From Ostrea edulis (Eukaryota): a stretch of DNA of 64,000 bases. The translations under genes were made by a program, and so were the position numbers. Every line of letters starts with the position of its first letter. Position 1 is the stretch's first letter. The notes beneath the pieces are model-generated. The model did no database searches. It was not told where the DNA came from and saw only the letters and a program-made list of their open reading frames with translations. Location: contig NC_079166.1 in assembly GCF_947568905.1 (NCBI RefSeq), positions 52,576,001 through 52,640,000 of the forward strand, written 5' to 3'. Shown in pieces: positions 1-13,968 of this stretch.

Positions 1-34
1 ATTTACAATTAAGTATATTGTTTGTATTATGTAG

Positions 35-300
35 GTCATGGCCACAATCGCCAACTCAAAAATAAACGATTATGATAATTTACACTTGTCTTCACCGTCT
101 TTAATAATGATCTCTATCGTAAAAACATCTTTGCCTCTCCAAATTGTATATGTGGTCGTTTTGAAGATGTCCATCATTTCTTCTTTGTATACAAAAGTTA
201 CACTCAAGCAAGAAATTATTTTATTTTCAAATAAATTGCTTCAACTAAATGGTATTGCTGTTGTCGATACCCACCTTTTATTATAAATGTTTTTCAAATG
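35..300 (+). mobile_element. Degenerate 3' end of a non-LTR (CR1/L2-like) retrotransposon ORF2 with C-terminal CCHC-like motif
   Basis: Frame starting at 100 reads FNNDLYRKNIFASPNCICGRFEDVHHFFFVYKSYTQARN, resembling the CxCG..E...HFFFxC tail of molluscan LINE RT proteins; frameshifts and stops on both sides. Confidence 0.5.
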
Positions 301-1980
301 ATGTAAATTTATATATTTTCAAAGCAGTCCAGAAGTTTATTAAGAACTCTAACAGATTTTAATCAGACATACATATCATATTTTAAATATGTTTTTCATT
401 TTACCTGATTACATACCGGTATACGTAAACCTATACACATATTGTATATTATTATGATAGTATATTATATCGAGTATTATGTTTTTGTGGTACGACAATT
501 GGTACGACAATCTTTATTTGTACATGTATAACATGATATATTTTGTATACGGGAGAGGTTTTCAAAGTTGCTAGAACTTACATATGTAAGCTTGTAACTA
601 ATCCCTTTTGTATATTTTCAATTCAATTCAATGTAGTAAAAGTGACTGCTATCATACACACACACATGTACATATTCTGTCATTTAATACCTCTCCTTTG
701 AATCGCCCATTTCTATTCTAATTGGAAGTATACCACTTTTTTTGTAAATTGTGCGAGCAGAGACATTCGATATTTTGGAATGCTCATAGAAATATATATT
801 TCTTTGTTTTTATACCATTATATAAACGTAACCGAGAAAAGTTATTTACTTTTTACTAGCCTGCCACTCTCATAATTATCAAGATCTAAATATTCCAATA
901 GGTGATTTGTAATGCCCAGTTAGATTTATTGTATATATACTGATTCATGTCCCATAAAACAGCTGTAAAACACATGTTTAGTATTCTGTTCTGTCTATTG
1001 ATAGTAGACGAGTCCAGTATCGTACAATACATTCTCTGTAAGGAAACTTCCATTTGAATTTCCCACGTTTCAGCTGTCGTAAAAATGACGAGAAAATGTT
1101 CATTTCTTCCTCCAAATTAATGATCAGGAATTGCTGACGATGTATTCTTTTGAATTCAACAAACAGACCGAGTTTGTTGTAATTCTTATCTATAATTTGT
1201 AATAACTATTCGAATTGTACAACAAATGTTTTGTCAAAATTTTAGAGCCAAATACATAAAGGTATTTGAGCGAAAAGTCAACCAGGCTAGATGCAGATTC
1301 TATCGAGGATATACATATAGTAAACTCGTATCTATACTAACTTAATATCATTCCACCAATAAATGATATAATCATTTATAATCATAATGTCAGATTAATT
1401 ATAGTCAGATATGTCTGGCACATCACAGAAAATCGGTACTAAGTGCACTGCCTTCTGAATTCATCATGAATTAAAGTTTTTGATATATGAAAATGCGGGT
1501 CTACTAAGCCCATAGCCGTTTGGGTTTATTTCTGCTATTAAAACATAAAGAAAAATAAAGCAAAGACGATGTATTAAAAATTAATGCATGTTTAAACTTA
1601 CTAACGACTTCAGTCACATATTAGATTTCCTGTAAATTAATATTATATATGATTTTTATAGCATACATGTATTTTTTTTTTTATTTTTTTTTTTATTTTT
1701 TTTTTTTTTTTTTTTTTTACAAACAATCAATCGATTAAGAGAAAATGTTCAAGTTCCCGTACTACAAGAACATGTAATTGTACCACAATTACAATTTGTT
1801 TTAAAACTGATCTTAGTTAAAGGAAACAATGAAAGACCCAGACACGCTTCAATGGTTCTCCATCATTTCAAATTTTACTGTTACAGACTGTGTGGGAAGC
1901 GTTTCATGACATTTATAGAAGACTAGTACGCAGGACAGCGCCTAACGACCCTTCTTGTTTTTAGATAATGTATCATGAAC

Positions 1981-2250
1981 CAGTGATCAATCTCATAACT
2001 CCTATGACGTGTTTCATACCGATTGTTAGGCCGTTCTTTGCACACTGATTTTGAATGCGAATACCTCTGTTTACCTGATCAAGATATGCGGCTCACGGCG
2101 GGTGTTACCGGTCGACAGAGGATGCTTACTCCCCCTAGGCACCTTTATCCCACCTCTGGTATATCCAGGGATCTGTGCTTGCCCAACTCTCTATTTTGCA
2201 TTGCTTATAGGAGTTATGAGATTGATCACGTACATTATCTTCACCTTTCA
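1981..2250 (+). mobile_element. Naiad-type Penelope-like element 3' end with short inverted tail
   Basis: 2006-2250 matches the 3' ends of the PLE copies at 29140-29340 and 44020-44270 (..DVFHTDC* then 3' UTR); 1981-2005 is the reverse complement of the terminal ataggagttatgagattgatcac. Confidence 0.8.
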
Positions 2251-2924
2251 TTTGCCACATGTTACATACTCTTGGAAGTTGTACTTTTAAAAAGTTTAAG
2301 GATCAGAGTTGTAAAGAGAGAATTAATTCAAACTCGTTCTAGCCTATATAGTATAACAGAAGAGGCACGTAGAAACGATATTTTGTGTCAACATGTAAAC
2401 TGAGAGAATATCACGATTGTGCTGCTATTACAATAATTACCCAGTATGCTGTTTAGAAGGATTAATATTTTGAAACTTTTGTCGCTGTTAGATATGCGCT
2501 ATTCTATATAGTACATATTGCAAATGAGACTCAGATAGTGCACTAGGATTACTCCATTGTACATGTACTTTGAACTCTGTATATACATTGTAGGATTCGT
2601 AAATTACTTATACAGTATTAATATGTAGTTGAAATCCCTTGAAGTTAACTAATTTTCGGTATTCTCTAGAGTTTACTATACATTGTCACTGTACAATACA
2701 GAGGACATTTCTCACTACCTAGCCAATATCTAAAGTCGTCAAATGCAGCTCCAGGTCTGGTCATGTAACACACAACACAGGCATTTTACAGTCTATCACA
2801 CAGAGACCTTTGTGATATGATACAAATATTCATATTTGTTTAAAATCAATATTCCTGATAAGATAAATTCTTCTAATTCTCAATAGTCAGTAACATGTAG
2901 TGTATGTACTATAAAACTGTTGTT

Positions 2925-2979
2925 ATGATGGGACTGAGATTGTTCACGGCATTTTACTTTATTTTATTTATACTTACAG
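2925..2979 (+). CDS. Gene A exon 1, signal peptide MMGLRLFTAFYFILFILT
   Basis: ATG, hydrophobic stretch, donor ACAG|gtatgt, phase 1 joins exon 2 in frame (73-nt intron). Confidence 0.75.
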
Positions 2980-3052
2980 GTATGTTGAGATGCTATTTTC
3001 AATTTCTTTTATTTACCATTAAACACCTGTTATAAAGGTTAGTATTTTGTAG

Positions 3053-3484
3053 ACTTCCTGGTTGGATCCTCGCAAGAAGTTTTACCCGAGCCATTTTTCT
3101 GTGATAGTGCTTGCTATTCTTCGGGGATATCAGACTATTCCACAATTCATTCCGAATGTATTGATCCTGACAGTGTGATAGCCGTGTCAGCAGTAAAAGC
3201 AGTCACCAAACCGACGTCACAGAACTGCTCTCAAGTTCTCTCCACCACAGACTACAACTTCTACAACAGGTGCTGCGTAGTAGACGCTACAAAAGACTGC
3301 AAGGTGTTATACCGCAACATTGTCAATGATTCCTACACCTACGAGGCACAGAGAATATGTACAGGCCATCATAAATGCCCTCAAAGTATTCGGGTGCAAC
3401 GAATGGTGGTATCTTCCTATTGCGACAACCAGATTTTTCCTTCTGAGAATAACTACATGAAGATGGATTATTTCTGCATTAAAA
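3053..3484 (+). CDS. Gene A exon 2, 10-Cys SUEL/Gal-lectin-like domain
   Basis: ttttgtag| acceptor, AAAA|gtaaat donor, open 144 codons, about 60% identical (86/144 by hand) to gene B exon 2. Confidence 0.85.
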
Positions 3485-5707
3485 GTAAATGTTTGTAACC
3501 AATTTGCTTTATCATATTCAAATTTCAGGAACCCTTGATACAGCCAACTGCCAAAGGTTTGTAGACAAATGGCGGACGTCAATGTCCAAATTGCGAATCT
3601 AAATTCCAACTTCACGGAATTGGCTTTTTGTTGTTGTAAATTCTATACATACTTAATGGGGATTCCGTATGCAAGTACAAGGTCTTGTGTCGTCATATGT
3701 TGGCATTGTTTGATGATCGTCTGGTACAAGCTTCTGAATGTAGAAACTCGATTGTTTTTGTCCTCAAACAACTTTACATTCATAAGAGAAGATCACTCTT
3801 GACCAGTTATGGTCAACAGCCCATCGTCGTTTTCCTCTCGCCCATGCCACACGATTTTTCCTACTTTGTTCCTGAATCCTAAATTTCGTCCTGCATACAT
3901 GTCGATGGTACTAATTTATGGACAAATAATGATGAATTGATCTTTCAGATACAGAAACTTGCCTACCTTGATTAAATTGTCATGTTATGTCTTTTAATGG
4001 AGTGGTACGATTAAGTTTTACAAGCCACAATAGTTGGCGCTCGTCTCTAACGTACATTTTCCTGGGGCGTCCCGATTTTCACACCGTTTTACTACAGGAT
4101 ACGCAGTTTTCCGGTCCATTTTCAATACCCTAGCAGTTTCAGAATAATTTCCCGTTTGTCTGTAACTGTCTACGATAATTTGTGTCACGACTGGCGATAA
4201 ATGTTTAGACTTTCACATATCTACATTCAGAAGCTTGTACCAGACGATCATCAAACAATGCCAACATATGACGACACAAGACCTTGTACTTGCATACGGA
4301 ATCCCCATTAATTATGTATAGAATTTACAACAACAAAAAGCCAATTCCGTGAAGTTGGAATTTAGATTCGCAATTTTGTCTATAAACTTTCGACAGGTGG
4401 CTGTATGTATTAAAAATAAAGAATGATCCATATTTACAATAGATTGCAATCCCTATTGCAAAGTAAACACTTTTTTTTTCATACCATTAATATTACACAT
4501 GATCTCATATAACTTTAGCTATAATGCCTCTACTGACTTTTCACTAATTTCATTGCAAATCGTTATATTTTGCTGATTTCTTGAAATTCATCGTAAAATG
4601 ATTGATTTGCAGGCAAAAATGTCAGTTTGATGAACTGATACAAACTTATTCGGAACACTTATAAATTTAATTTTATCATATGAAAAGTTCTGATTTATTC
4701 CAAATGGAGTCATGAATATTTGTTATCATCACGAGTTATATGAACAAAGAACAAGGTACGATTGTCTACATAAAAAGGCCCAAAAATTTTCTCTCTATAA
4801 AATGTGTCTGGAATTAAACTTAATCAGGGTTTTAAGTAAAATATATGCCAGGTATATTATGTCAACAAAATCAGAATGATATTCCTAAATGGATAGCATT
4901 ATGACATCACGAACAAGACATTTCCCGCCTTTTTCTCAAAATAAGCCTGAAAACTGTAAAATGTCATACCGATTATTGCTCAGGAAAAGATGTGCGCATT
5001 TGTCGAGCAAAATGAAAATTATATATATTGTGTATCATTTTAAGATGAAAGACATGCTTGAATATGAATTTGCTCGACGCATGCGCTGTATGTTTTCTGA
5101 AAGGAAAACCACTTGAATTTGTGGATATTTTCATTGAAAATGGCATTTTTGCAATTTTATGCCAACTTCAAGTTCTTGTCATTTGACACAAATCATGTTG
5201 CTGATCAAATTGAGCGAATTTTGGGTTTGCTAATCTATTCCTTATTTGAATGCCAGGGTTTGAGCTCCAAGTGAAATCATCGATATTTTGGGCCAGATGA
5301 CTTTAGAAACGGTACCTACTTCTTTATGGTAGCAAACGATAGCAATCATGGCGAGTGGATCTTGCAACTCTTGGTTTTAAATATTGTCTTTATTTCAAGG
5401 TTTTTGTAAAGGTTTGATTGTTTGTATCGGTATAATATCGGTTAAAGTGTATCTCTGTTCCTTCTCTTCACCTTTTCATCATTGAGGAAGTCAGCAAGAT
5501 CCCAGGTTCCCTGAGAGCAAGCCTATTTCAAATTTCCCTATCCTTTGAAAATAGACTTGCTCTTCGGGTACTGAATTTTGTTGACTCCCTCAATGATATA
5601 CTTTTACTGTATAATATCAAATGGAAATTTCAAGTATCAAGAAAAAACATAATATATGAACTATGAAATAGGAAATCCACATACTGCATTTTTTTTTTAT
5701 ATTTCAG

Positions 5708-6058
5708 AAAGTAAAATCGCGGAATTATCAGCGGCGGGTGATACAGTAAGGAATTTTGGAAGTCTCTATATACAATCCAAGGAGTATCCGGATTTTTCTC
5801 ATCATTCTAACGGTGATCTAGTCTGCAAAATTAGCGTGACGAATGAAACGGAACCGGTTCAAATAGTTGCCATAGATATTCAATTAGTTGGTACTGCTAA
5901 TGTATCATTTCACAACCTTGAAAATTGTAGTGCTGTGAAAAGATTGACACATCAAGACAATAACAGGTACAGGATTAGAAAATGTTTTACAATGGAGCAG
6001 ACGTTTAATGTCCTCTATCAAAGTGAATCCAGGGGATGATTCTGGGTTGGAATTATAT
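5708..6058 (+). pseudogene. Gene A exon 3, CUB-like domain with nonsense codon
   Basis: atttcag| acceptor, ATAT|gtaagt donor; reads ..SRG*FWVGII where B and C read GRFW. Confidence 0.8.
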
Positions 6059-6191
6059 GTAAGTCAAACAGAAATGACCAAACATGTTCCTCTCTAGGTC
6101 TTATCGAGTGATTGTGACAGCTTACGGTATTTTCATCTTTGAATAAACGGGTAAAATTGGAAACCTAGGTGTTTTTTCTACGACATTTATA

Positions 6192-6356
6192 TTAAATATG
6201 ACGTGTAAAACGTCGCAATATTATACAAACTTTGATTTATAAGCGAAAATCTTGATTTATATTCGATAATGTTGATATTCATATGCAAAAATATTTATGT
6301 AAATTGGACAATCTTGATATCTATATGCGAAAATTTTTAATGTATATTCCATAATC

Positions 6357-6420
<64 letters not shown>

Positions 6421-6488
6421 AAATTCTTTTTTCTTGATATCGGGGTTATATCATATAATCATATCCATATGATATATGGATTGACTTG

Positions 6489-6569
<81 letters not shown>

Positions 6570-7005
6570 TTTGATATATATTCAATAATCTTGATATTGA
6601 CACGCATACATTTTGATTTATATTCGATAATCTTGTCATTTATATTCGATAATTTTTTATTTATATTCGATAATCGTGTTCAAATTAATGAATGTAATTA
6701 ACAAGATTATTGAATATAAATCAAGATTTTCGCTTATGAATAATATAAAAATTTAACGAATATTAATATCAGGATTTATCGAATATGAATAACAAGATTA
6801 TCAAATATAGATTTAAAAAACATCGAATATAGATAACAAGATTATAGAATATAAATCAAGATTTTTACATATGAATATTAAAACTGTCAAATATACATCA
6901 CAATTTTTCACATCTAAATATAAAAATTATCGAATATAAATCAAGATTTTCGCATATGAATAACAAAATTATCGAATATTGCAACGTTTTACACACCATA
7001 ATTAA
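6192..7005. mobile_element. Foldback/MITE-like element with ~20-bp subrepeats and central (TA)n/(TG)n microsatellites
   Basis: Ends taaatatgacgtgtaaaacgtcgcaatatt and (reverse complement) taattatggtgtgtaaaacgttgcaatatt; internal ttgatttatattcgataat units in opposite orientation in the two halves. Confidence 0.65.
6360..6564. repeat. (TA)n 6360-6415 and compound (TA)n(TG)n 6489-6564 microsatellites
   Basis: Direct reading. Confidence 0.95.
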
Positions 7006-7115
7006 GCGTTAAAATTTAAGGTTTAAACGAAAACGAATACTTTCGAAATAAGTTTGCTTTAAATAAACCGTCAATATATTTCAAGGGAATTAATTTATGG
7101 TTTCTATTATTCCAG

Positions 7116-7199
7116 CAAATCAAACGTTAGCTGTTACATGTGGGAAAGCCAGTGAAGGTAGATGCAGGTCGGAAAATTCTCCAACGACGACCTCACCAG
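7116..7199 (+). CDS. Gene A exon 4, two-Cys linker and short stalk (SNQTLAVTCGKASEGRCRSENSPTTTSP); 3' boundary uncertain
   Basis: ttattccag| acceptor, phase 1; aligns with B KLTITCG..ENC, C RISINCG..NSC, D TLSINCP..LAC; donor CCAG|gtgctg is weak. Confidence 0.6.
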
Positions 7200-7303
7200 G
7201 TGCTGTAATGTCCAATTTCACATGTATCACTGTCTATACATATATATATCTATATAAACTCTGACAAGCAGATGACCTAGTTAAATAACCAAATATAAAC
7301 ATA

Positions 7304-8641
7304 ATACTAGTAATCCTAATTGTTCGCGAACAATTAGAGGGCTTTCCACCTACAATGATTTTAAAAAAGATATTTAAGAATATCTAAGATGATGTACGAA
7401 ACTCAAAACGACCTTGAAAATTTAAATAATAATTTTGACGATGACCTTGACCTTTGACCTTGACCTCATTTTGAAAATCAAAGGTCATCGCTCTTAATGC
7501 AAGTGATCCCATGTCTCTATCTATATTAATGTAAAAGCTATCAGCTTAAAAACGTTAATCAAGACATTCAGGGGCAATAATTTGTTTTGGGGTTTTCGGT
7601 TACTTTCGGTTAGTTACTCAATGCTAAAAATCCTTTGAAAGACCTTTAAAATGGAACAAAAATAATTTTGATGATGACCTTGACCTTGACATCATTTTGA
7701 ACGTCAAAGGTCATCAATCTTAAAGCAAGTGGTCCCATGTCTCTATCTATATTAATATAAAAGTTATAGGCTTTGATAATGATATTGGAGACTTTCAGGG
7801 ACAATAACTATGCTTAAGGGTTTTCGCATCCATTTGATTATTTTTTCTTTGCAAGAGGGTTTTACTGTGAATTCATTAGCGAAGGTTTCGTGTCTCTATG
7901 ACTTTCCGTTAAGTAGGAGTAGCGATAACAAGGTTTTCGACGCGAGTCTCCGAAATTCACAGAAGGGTCAAAGTTCAAAGTTGTAATGCATACTATCAAA
8001 ACCAATCAAGAAGTCAATAGATACCCATATAATATTTCAACGCTATCTTAAGCAGGAAAGAGAGTTTAAAAGTCCTATTTTTTCCTCTTTTCTGATGACC
8101 TTGACCTTTTGACCTTGACCCAATTTTCAAGGTCAAAGGTCACCGATCCTATTCCAGTTGGTCTCATGTCTCTACGACAAACCATGCTCAAGCTCGACAT
8201 GTTTTACGAATAAATTGCAAAACATAAAGAGGCATTAACTCCCTTTAGGGGACACCAAATCCCTTCATTTTAAATCTTTCGCTTCTACTAATTACCCTCT
8301 ATGTTTTAGAAAAGGTTTCATCCTCCTATTATTTACGGTTACAAAGTAGAAGCGCTAACAATGATTTCTGCAAAAGGTCAAATAACTCCGTAAGGGGTCA
8401 AAGTTCAATTACGTTGGGTGAACTGTATTCGTTTCTCAAGAACTACTATATGATGGACTATAAAGTTTTTCAATAAGTCTTAAGACGAAAAAATTTTTTG
8501 ACGGCAGGAAAATAATAATACTAATAATAATAATAAACAGAACAATAACAATAGGACTTTCCACAGAAAGGTGGAAAGCCCTAATAATAAACAGAACAAT
8601 AACAATAGGACTTTCCACAAAAAGGTGGAAAGCCCTAATAA
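7304..8641 (-). mobile_element. Non-autonomous Helentron (HINE/DINE-1-like) element with duplicated 5' head
   Basis: Subterminal IR agggctttccacc at both ends, 5' stem-loop, (ATT)n tract, gaccttgacc-rich internal repeats, perfect 22-bp palindrome ctaattgttcgcgaacaattag (7316-7337) near the 3' end. Confidence 0.8.
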
Positions 8642-8857
8642 CCATTTCTGTTATGAGGATATCAAAACAATGAAAAGCAATTCTGTATCATCCGATTCGA
8701 CAATTATCGCAGCGACTTGTTTCTATAGTTTTTATACCATTATAACTATAACAGGAAACTAGACATTTACTTCTTAAATTTAAAAAAAATACGATATTTT
8801 CATGATTAAAGTAAAAAGTAGATTACACCATCAGGCAAAAAATAAATCGATACTGTG

Positions 8858-11800
8858 ACTACACATAGTCATAGTATTAGCTAAACATAGTCATAATAAT
8901 AACTACACATAGTCATAGTAATAGCTACACATAGTCATAGTAATAGCTAAACATAGTCAGAGTAATAACTACACATAGTCATAGTAATAACTACACATAG
9001 TCATAGTAATAACTACACATAGTCATAGTAATAGCTACACATAGTCATAGTAATAGCTACATATAGTCATAGTAATAGCTACATATAGTCATAGTAATAG
9101 CTACACATAGTCATAGTAATAGCTACACATAGTCATAGTAATAGCTACACATAGTCATAGTAATAACTACACATAGTCATCGTAATAACTACACATAGTC
9201 ATAGTAATAACTACACATAGTCATAGTAATAGCTACACATAGTCATAGTAATAGCTAAACATAGTCATAGTAATAGCTAAACATAGTCATAGTAATAACT
9301 ACACATAGTCATAGTAATAGCTAAACATAGTCATAGTAATAACTACACATAGTCATAGTAATAGCTACACATAGTCATAGTAATAGCTAAACATAGTCAT
9401 AGTAATAACTACACATAGTCATAGTAATAGCTACACATAGTCATAGTAATAGCTACATATAGTCATAGTAATAGCTACACATAGTCATAGTAATAACTAC
9501 ACATAGTCATAGTAATAACTACACATAGTCATAATAATAACTACACATAGTCATAGTCATAGTAATAGCTACACATAGTCATAGTAATAGCTACACATAG
9601 TCATAGTAATAGCTACACATAGTCATAGTAATAGCTACACATAGTCATAGTAATAGCTACACACAGTCATAGTAATAACTACACATAGTCATAGTAATAG
9701 CTACACATAGTCATAGTAATAACTACACATAGTCATAGTAATAGCTACACATAGTCACAATAATAGCTACACATAGTCATAGTAATAACTACACATAGTC
9801 ATAGTAATAACTACACATAGTCATAGTCATAGCTACACACAGTCATAGTAATAACTACACATGGTCATAGTAATAGCTACACATAGTCATAGTAATAACT
9901 ACACATAGTCATAGTCATAGCTACACATAGTCATAGTAATAACTACACATAGTCATAGTAATAACTACACATAGTCATAGTAATAACTACACATAGTCAT
10001 AGTAATTGCTACACATAGTCATAATAATAGCTACACATAGTCATAGTAATAACTACACATTGTCATAGTAATAGCTACACACAGTCATAGTAATAACTAC
10101 ACATAGTCATAGTAATAGCTACATATACATGTAGTCATATTATTAGCTACACATAGTCATATTAATAACTACACATAGTCATAGTAATAGCTACACATAG
10201 TCATAGTAATAGCTACCACATAGTCATAGTAATAACTACACATAGTCATAGTAATAACTACACATAGTCATAGTAATAACTACACATAGTCATAGTAATA
10301 ACTACACATAGTCATAGTAATAACTACAGATATTCATAGTAATAACTACACATAGTCATAGTAATTGCTACACATAGTCATAATAATAGCTACATACGGT
10401 CATAGTAATAACTACACATAGTCATAGTAATAGCTACACATAGTCAAAGTAATAACTACACATAGTCATAGTAATAGCTACATATAGTCATAGTAATAAC
10501 TACACATAGTCATAGTAATAACTACACATACATGTAGCCATATTATTAGCTACACATAGTCATAGTAATAACTACACATAGTCATAGTAAGAGCTACACA
10601 TAGTCATAGTAATAACTACACATAGTCATAGTAATAACTACACATAGTCATAATAATAGCTACACATAGTCATAGTAATAACTACACATAGTCATAGTAA
10701 TAACTACACATAGTCATAGTAAGAGCTACACATAGTCATAGTAATAACTACATATAATCATAGTCAAAGTAAGAGCTACACATAGTCATAGTCATAGCTA
10801 CACATAGTCAAAGTAATAACTACACATAGTCATAGTAAGAGCTACACATAGTCATAGTCATAGCTACACATAGTCATAGTAATAACTACACATAGTCATA
10901 GTCATAGCTACACATAGTCATAGTCATAGCTACACAAAGTCATAGTAATAACTACACATAGTCATAGTAATAGCTACACATAGTCATAGTAATAACTACA
11001 CATAGTCATAGTAGTAGATACACATAGTCATAGTAATAGCTACACATAGTCATAGTAATAACTACACATAGTCATAGTAATAGCTACACATAGTCATAGT
11101 CATAGCTACACATAGTCATAGTAATAACTACATATAGTCATAGTAATAGATACACATAGTCATAGTAATAGCTACACATAGTCATAGTAATAGCTACACA
11201 TAGTCATAGTAATAGCTACACATAGTCATAGTCATAGTAATAGATACACATAGTCATAGTAATAGCTACACATAGTCATAGTAATAGCTACACATAGTCA
11301 TAGTAATAGCTACACATAGTCATAGTAATAACTACACATAGTCATAGTAATAGCTACACATAGTCATAGTAATAGCTACACATAGTCATAGTAATAACTA
11401 CACATAGTCATAGTAATAGATACACATAGTCATAGTCATAGCTACACATAGTCATAGTAATAACTACACATAGTCATAGTAATAGCTACACATAGTCATA
11501 GTAATAGCTACACATAGTCATAGTAATAGCTACACATAGTCATAGTCATAGTAATAGATACACATAGTCATAGTAATAACTACACATAGTCATAGTAATA
11601 GCTACACATAGTCATAGTAATAACTACACATAGTCATAGTAATAGCTACACATAGTCATAGTAATAGATACACATAGTCATAGTCATAGTAATAACTACA
11701 CATAGTCATAGTCATAGCTACACATAGTCATAGTCATAGCTACACATAGTCATAGTAATAGATACACATAGTCATAGTAATAGATACACATAGTCATAGT

Positions 11801-12480
11801 AATAGCTACACATAGTCATAGTCATAGCTACACATAGTCATAGTAATAGATACACATAGTCATAGTAATAGCTACACATAGTCATAGTAATAACTACACA
11901 TAGTCATAGTAATAACTACACATAGTCATAGTAATAGCTACACATAGTCATATTAATAGCTACACATAGTCATAGTCATAGATACACATAGTCATAGTAA
12001 TAGATACACATAGTCATAGTAATAACTACACATAATCATAGTAATAGCTACACATAGTCATAGTAATAACTACACATAGTCATAGTAATAGCTACACCTA
12101 GTCATAGTAATAACTACACATAGTCATAGTCATAGCTACACCTAGTCATAGTAATAACTACACATAATCATAGTAATAGCTACACATAGTCATAGTCATA
12201 GATACACATAGTCATAGTAATAGCTACACCTAGTCATAGTCATAGCTACACATAGTCATAGTAATAACTACACATAGTCATAGTAATAGCTACATTTGTA
12301 CACATAGTCATAGTAAGAACTACACATAGTCATAGTAATAGCTACACATAGTCATAGTAAGAGCTACACATATTCATAGTAATAACTACACATAGTCATA
12401 GTAATAGCTACATTTGTACACATAGTCATAGTAAAAACCACACGTAGTCATAGTAATAACTACACATAGTAATAGCTACA
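8858..12480. repeat. Minisatellite, 22-bp unit CTACACATAGTCATAGTAATA(G/A), ~3.6 kb, ~165 copies
   Basis: Period 22 counted directly (8969 to 8991). Confidence 0.97.
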
Positions 12481-12655
12481 AAATCTTGTCTTCGATACCA
12501 AAGTTTTTAATTTTGTGACCTTAGTGTTTGGCCTAATTTAAAGAAAATTTATCCTACTAAATATCTTCCAAACTATTTATGGTAGGGGTTTCAAATTCTG
12601 CATATAGATTCCTTATAGTAAGGACTTTATTTTATACAGATTTTTACTCATGGAT

Positions 12656-12833
12656 TCTCGTAGGGATCCGGATTAGAATAGGTCCTCAATACACCTTGCT
12701 TGTCGTAAGAGGCGATTAAATATGATGACCCTTCGGATGAGACCACAAAAACCGAGGCCCAATGTCATAGGGTGTGTGACACGATAAAGATCCCTCTCTG
12801 CTCAAAGGTCGTAACCACCGACCATAGGCCTAA
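12656..12833 (+). mobile_element. Fragment of oyster SINE family also present at 48181-48398 and 54694-54980
   Basis: Shared gggatccggattagaataggtcctc..cgtaagaggcga..acgataaagatccctc..ctcaaagg core. Confidence 0.75.
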
Positions 12834-12890
12834 CCTATATTCAACCAACAGAAGTATGGATACTCTAGTAAAAATTAGGAAACCTTTAAA

Positions 12891-12984
12891 CGCTGGTCAG
12901 TACTAATTTACCCGGAACTCGAGCGCTGGTCAGTACTAATTTACCCGGAACTTGAGCGCTGGTCAGTACTAATCTATCCGGAAC
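12891..12984. repeat. 33-bp tandem repeat, 3 copies
   Basis: cgctggtcagtactaat.. recurs at 12891, 12924, 12957. Confidence 0.9.
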
Positions 12985-13023
12985 ACACATATGCAGCAAT
13001 GCTATACGAAGCACGATCAGAAT

Positions 13024-13174
13024 GTACAATTGGTATACTCTCTGCCTCCTAATAATAATTACTGAACCCCTGTAACATCAACTTGTTTGTCAGTAGCTTG
13101 CCTCGATTTAAAAAACTGATCAGTTGAGATACTTAAACACTATATGCAGGTGATAATATATACTGTAATATTGC
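13024..13174 (-). mobile_element. Internally deleted Naiad-type PLE RT fragment (inverted copy of 18028-18179)
   Basis: Reverse complement encodes SPAYxVxVSQLI..LNRGKLLTNKLMLQGF. Confidence 0.75.
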
Positions 13175-13968
13175 AGAATGTCGGAAATAAAACTGAAACG
13201 TGTCCCTTTAATAGCATTAACAAGATATGAAGATAAGAATTTTTAAAATTGATTAACGTCAATAAAGTATTTTTCTACAAATTATCTACAATCTGGTATC
13301 TCAACAAAAATGAAAACGCTGAAAAATAAAATCTGAAATAGAAATTTCAAAATACACATTTATTTTCATCATATTTATTGTATCTATGTATCAACTGCAC
13401 ATTATATATATTTATGTATGTTAAAAACACATGTATATACATACACTTACATGCTGGTTTAGAAATCAGCAACGCCATTTAGATCTTATCAAAGTGGGTA
13501 GGATCGACGATAATTAGGACTTTGAGAAGCATATGACAACTTTCAATGCGGTTCTCAGACAAAATAAACTCTGACGAGACCAAGCTTACTTCATATTTAC
13601 ATTTACTACTCCCTTTTATTTGAAAAATGAAATATCTTACCTAAAATAAAAACGTCATTGTATCTAAGTTTGTACTATGATGTAATATGTTGAGTCGTGG
13701 ATAAAGATATAATTCTGTAAAAATTACAAGTAAAGGATAATATATCGTTTTAAATGCCAAAAATAGGTGTATTTCGCTAAGCATTTGCTATTTTGACACC
13801 AACTGATAACCGAAGAAAAAAGTCTAATAAATCAGTAGGTTGGCGAATACAAACAGAGAGTCGTTTTTAAGAGACGTAAAATAAACTACTGATAAAAATA
13901 ATCAAAGGACACAGAAATAATTCCTAATTTGTTGAAAAGAAATGCATTGAAATGAAATTATTCCTAAA

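Larger units (their letters stand above)
2925..7199 (+). pseudogene. Gene A: paralogue of the SUEL-like/CUB-like membrane protein family; in-frame stop in exon 3, TM and tail exons not found. Exons 2925-2979, 3053-3484, 5708-6058, 7116-7199
   Basis: All introns GT-AG with consistent phase 1; exons 2 and 3 are exactly the same length (432, 351 nt) as in gene B; TGA at 6037-6039. Confidence 0.75.

Noticed and set aside
2023-2403. 126-aa and 79-aa ORFs as host genes
   Set aside because: They lie in the PLE 3' UTR repeated elsewhere in the window
6037-6039. TGA in gene A as selenocysteine
   Set aside because: The aligned residue in paralogues B and C is Arg, not Cys; no SECIS evidence
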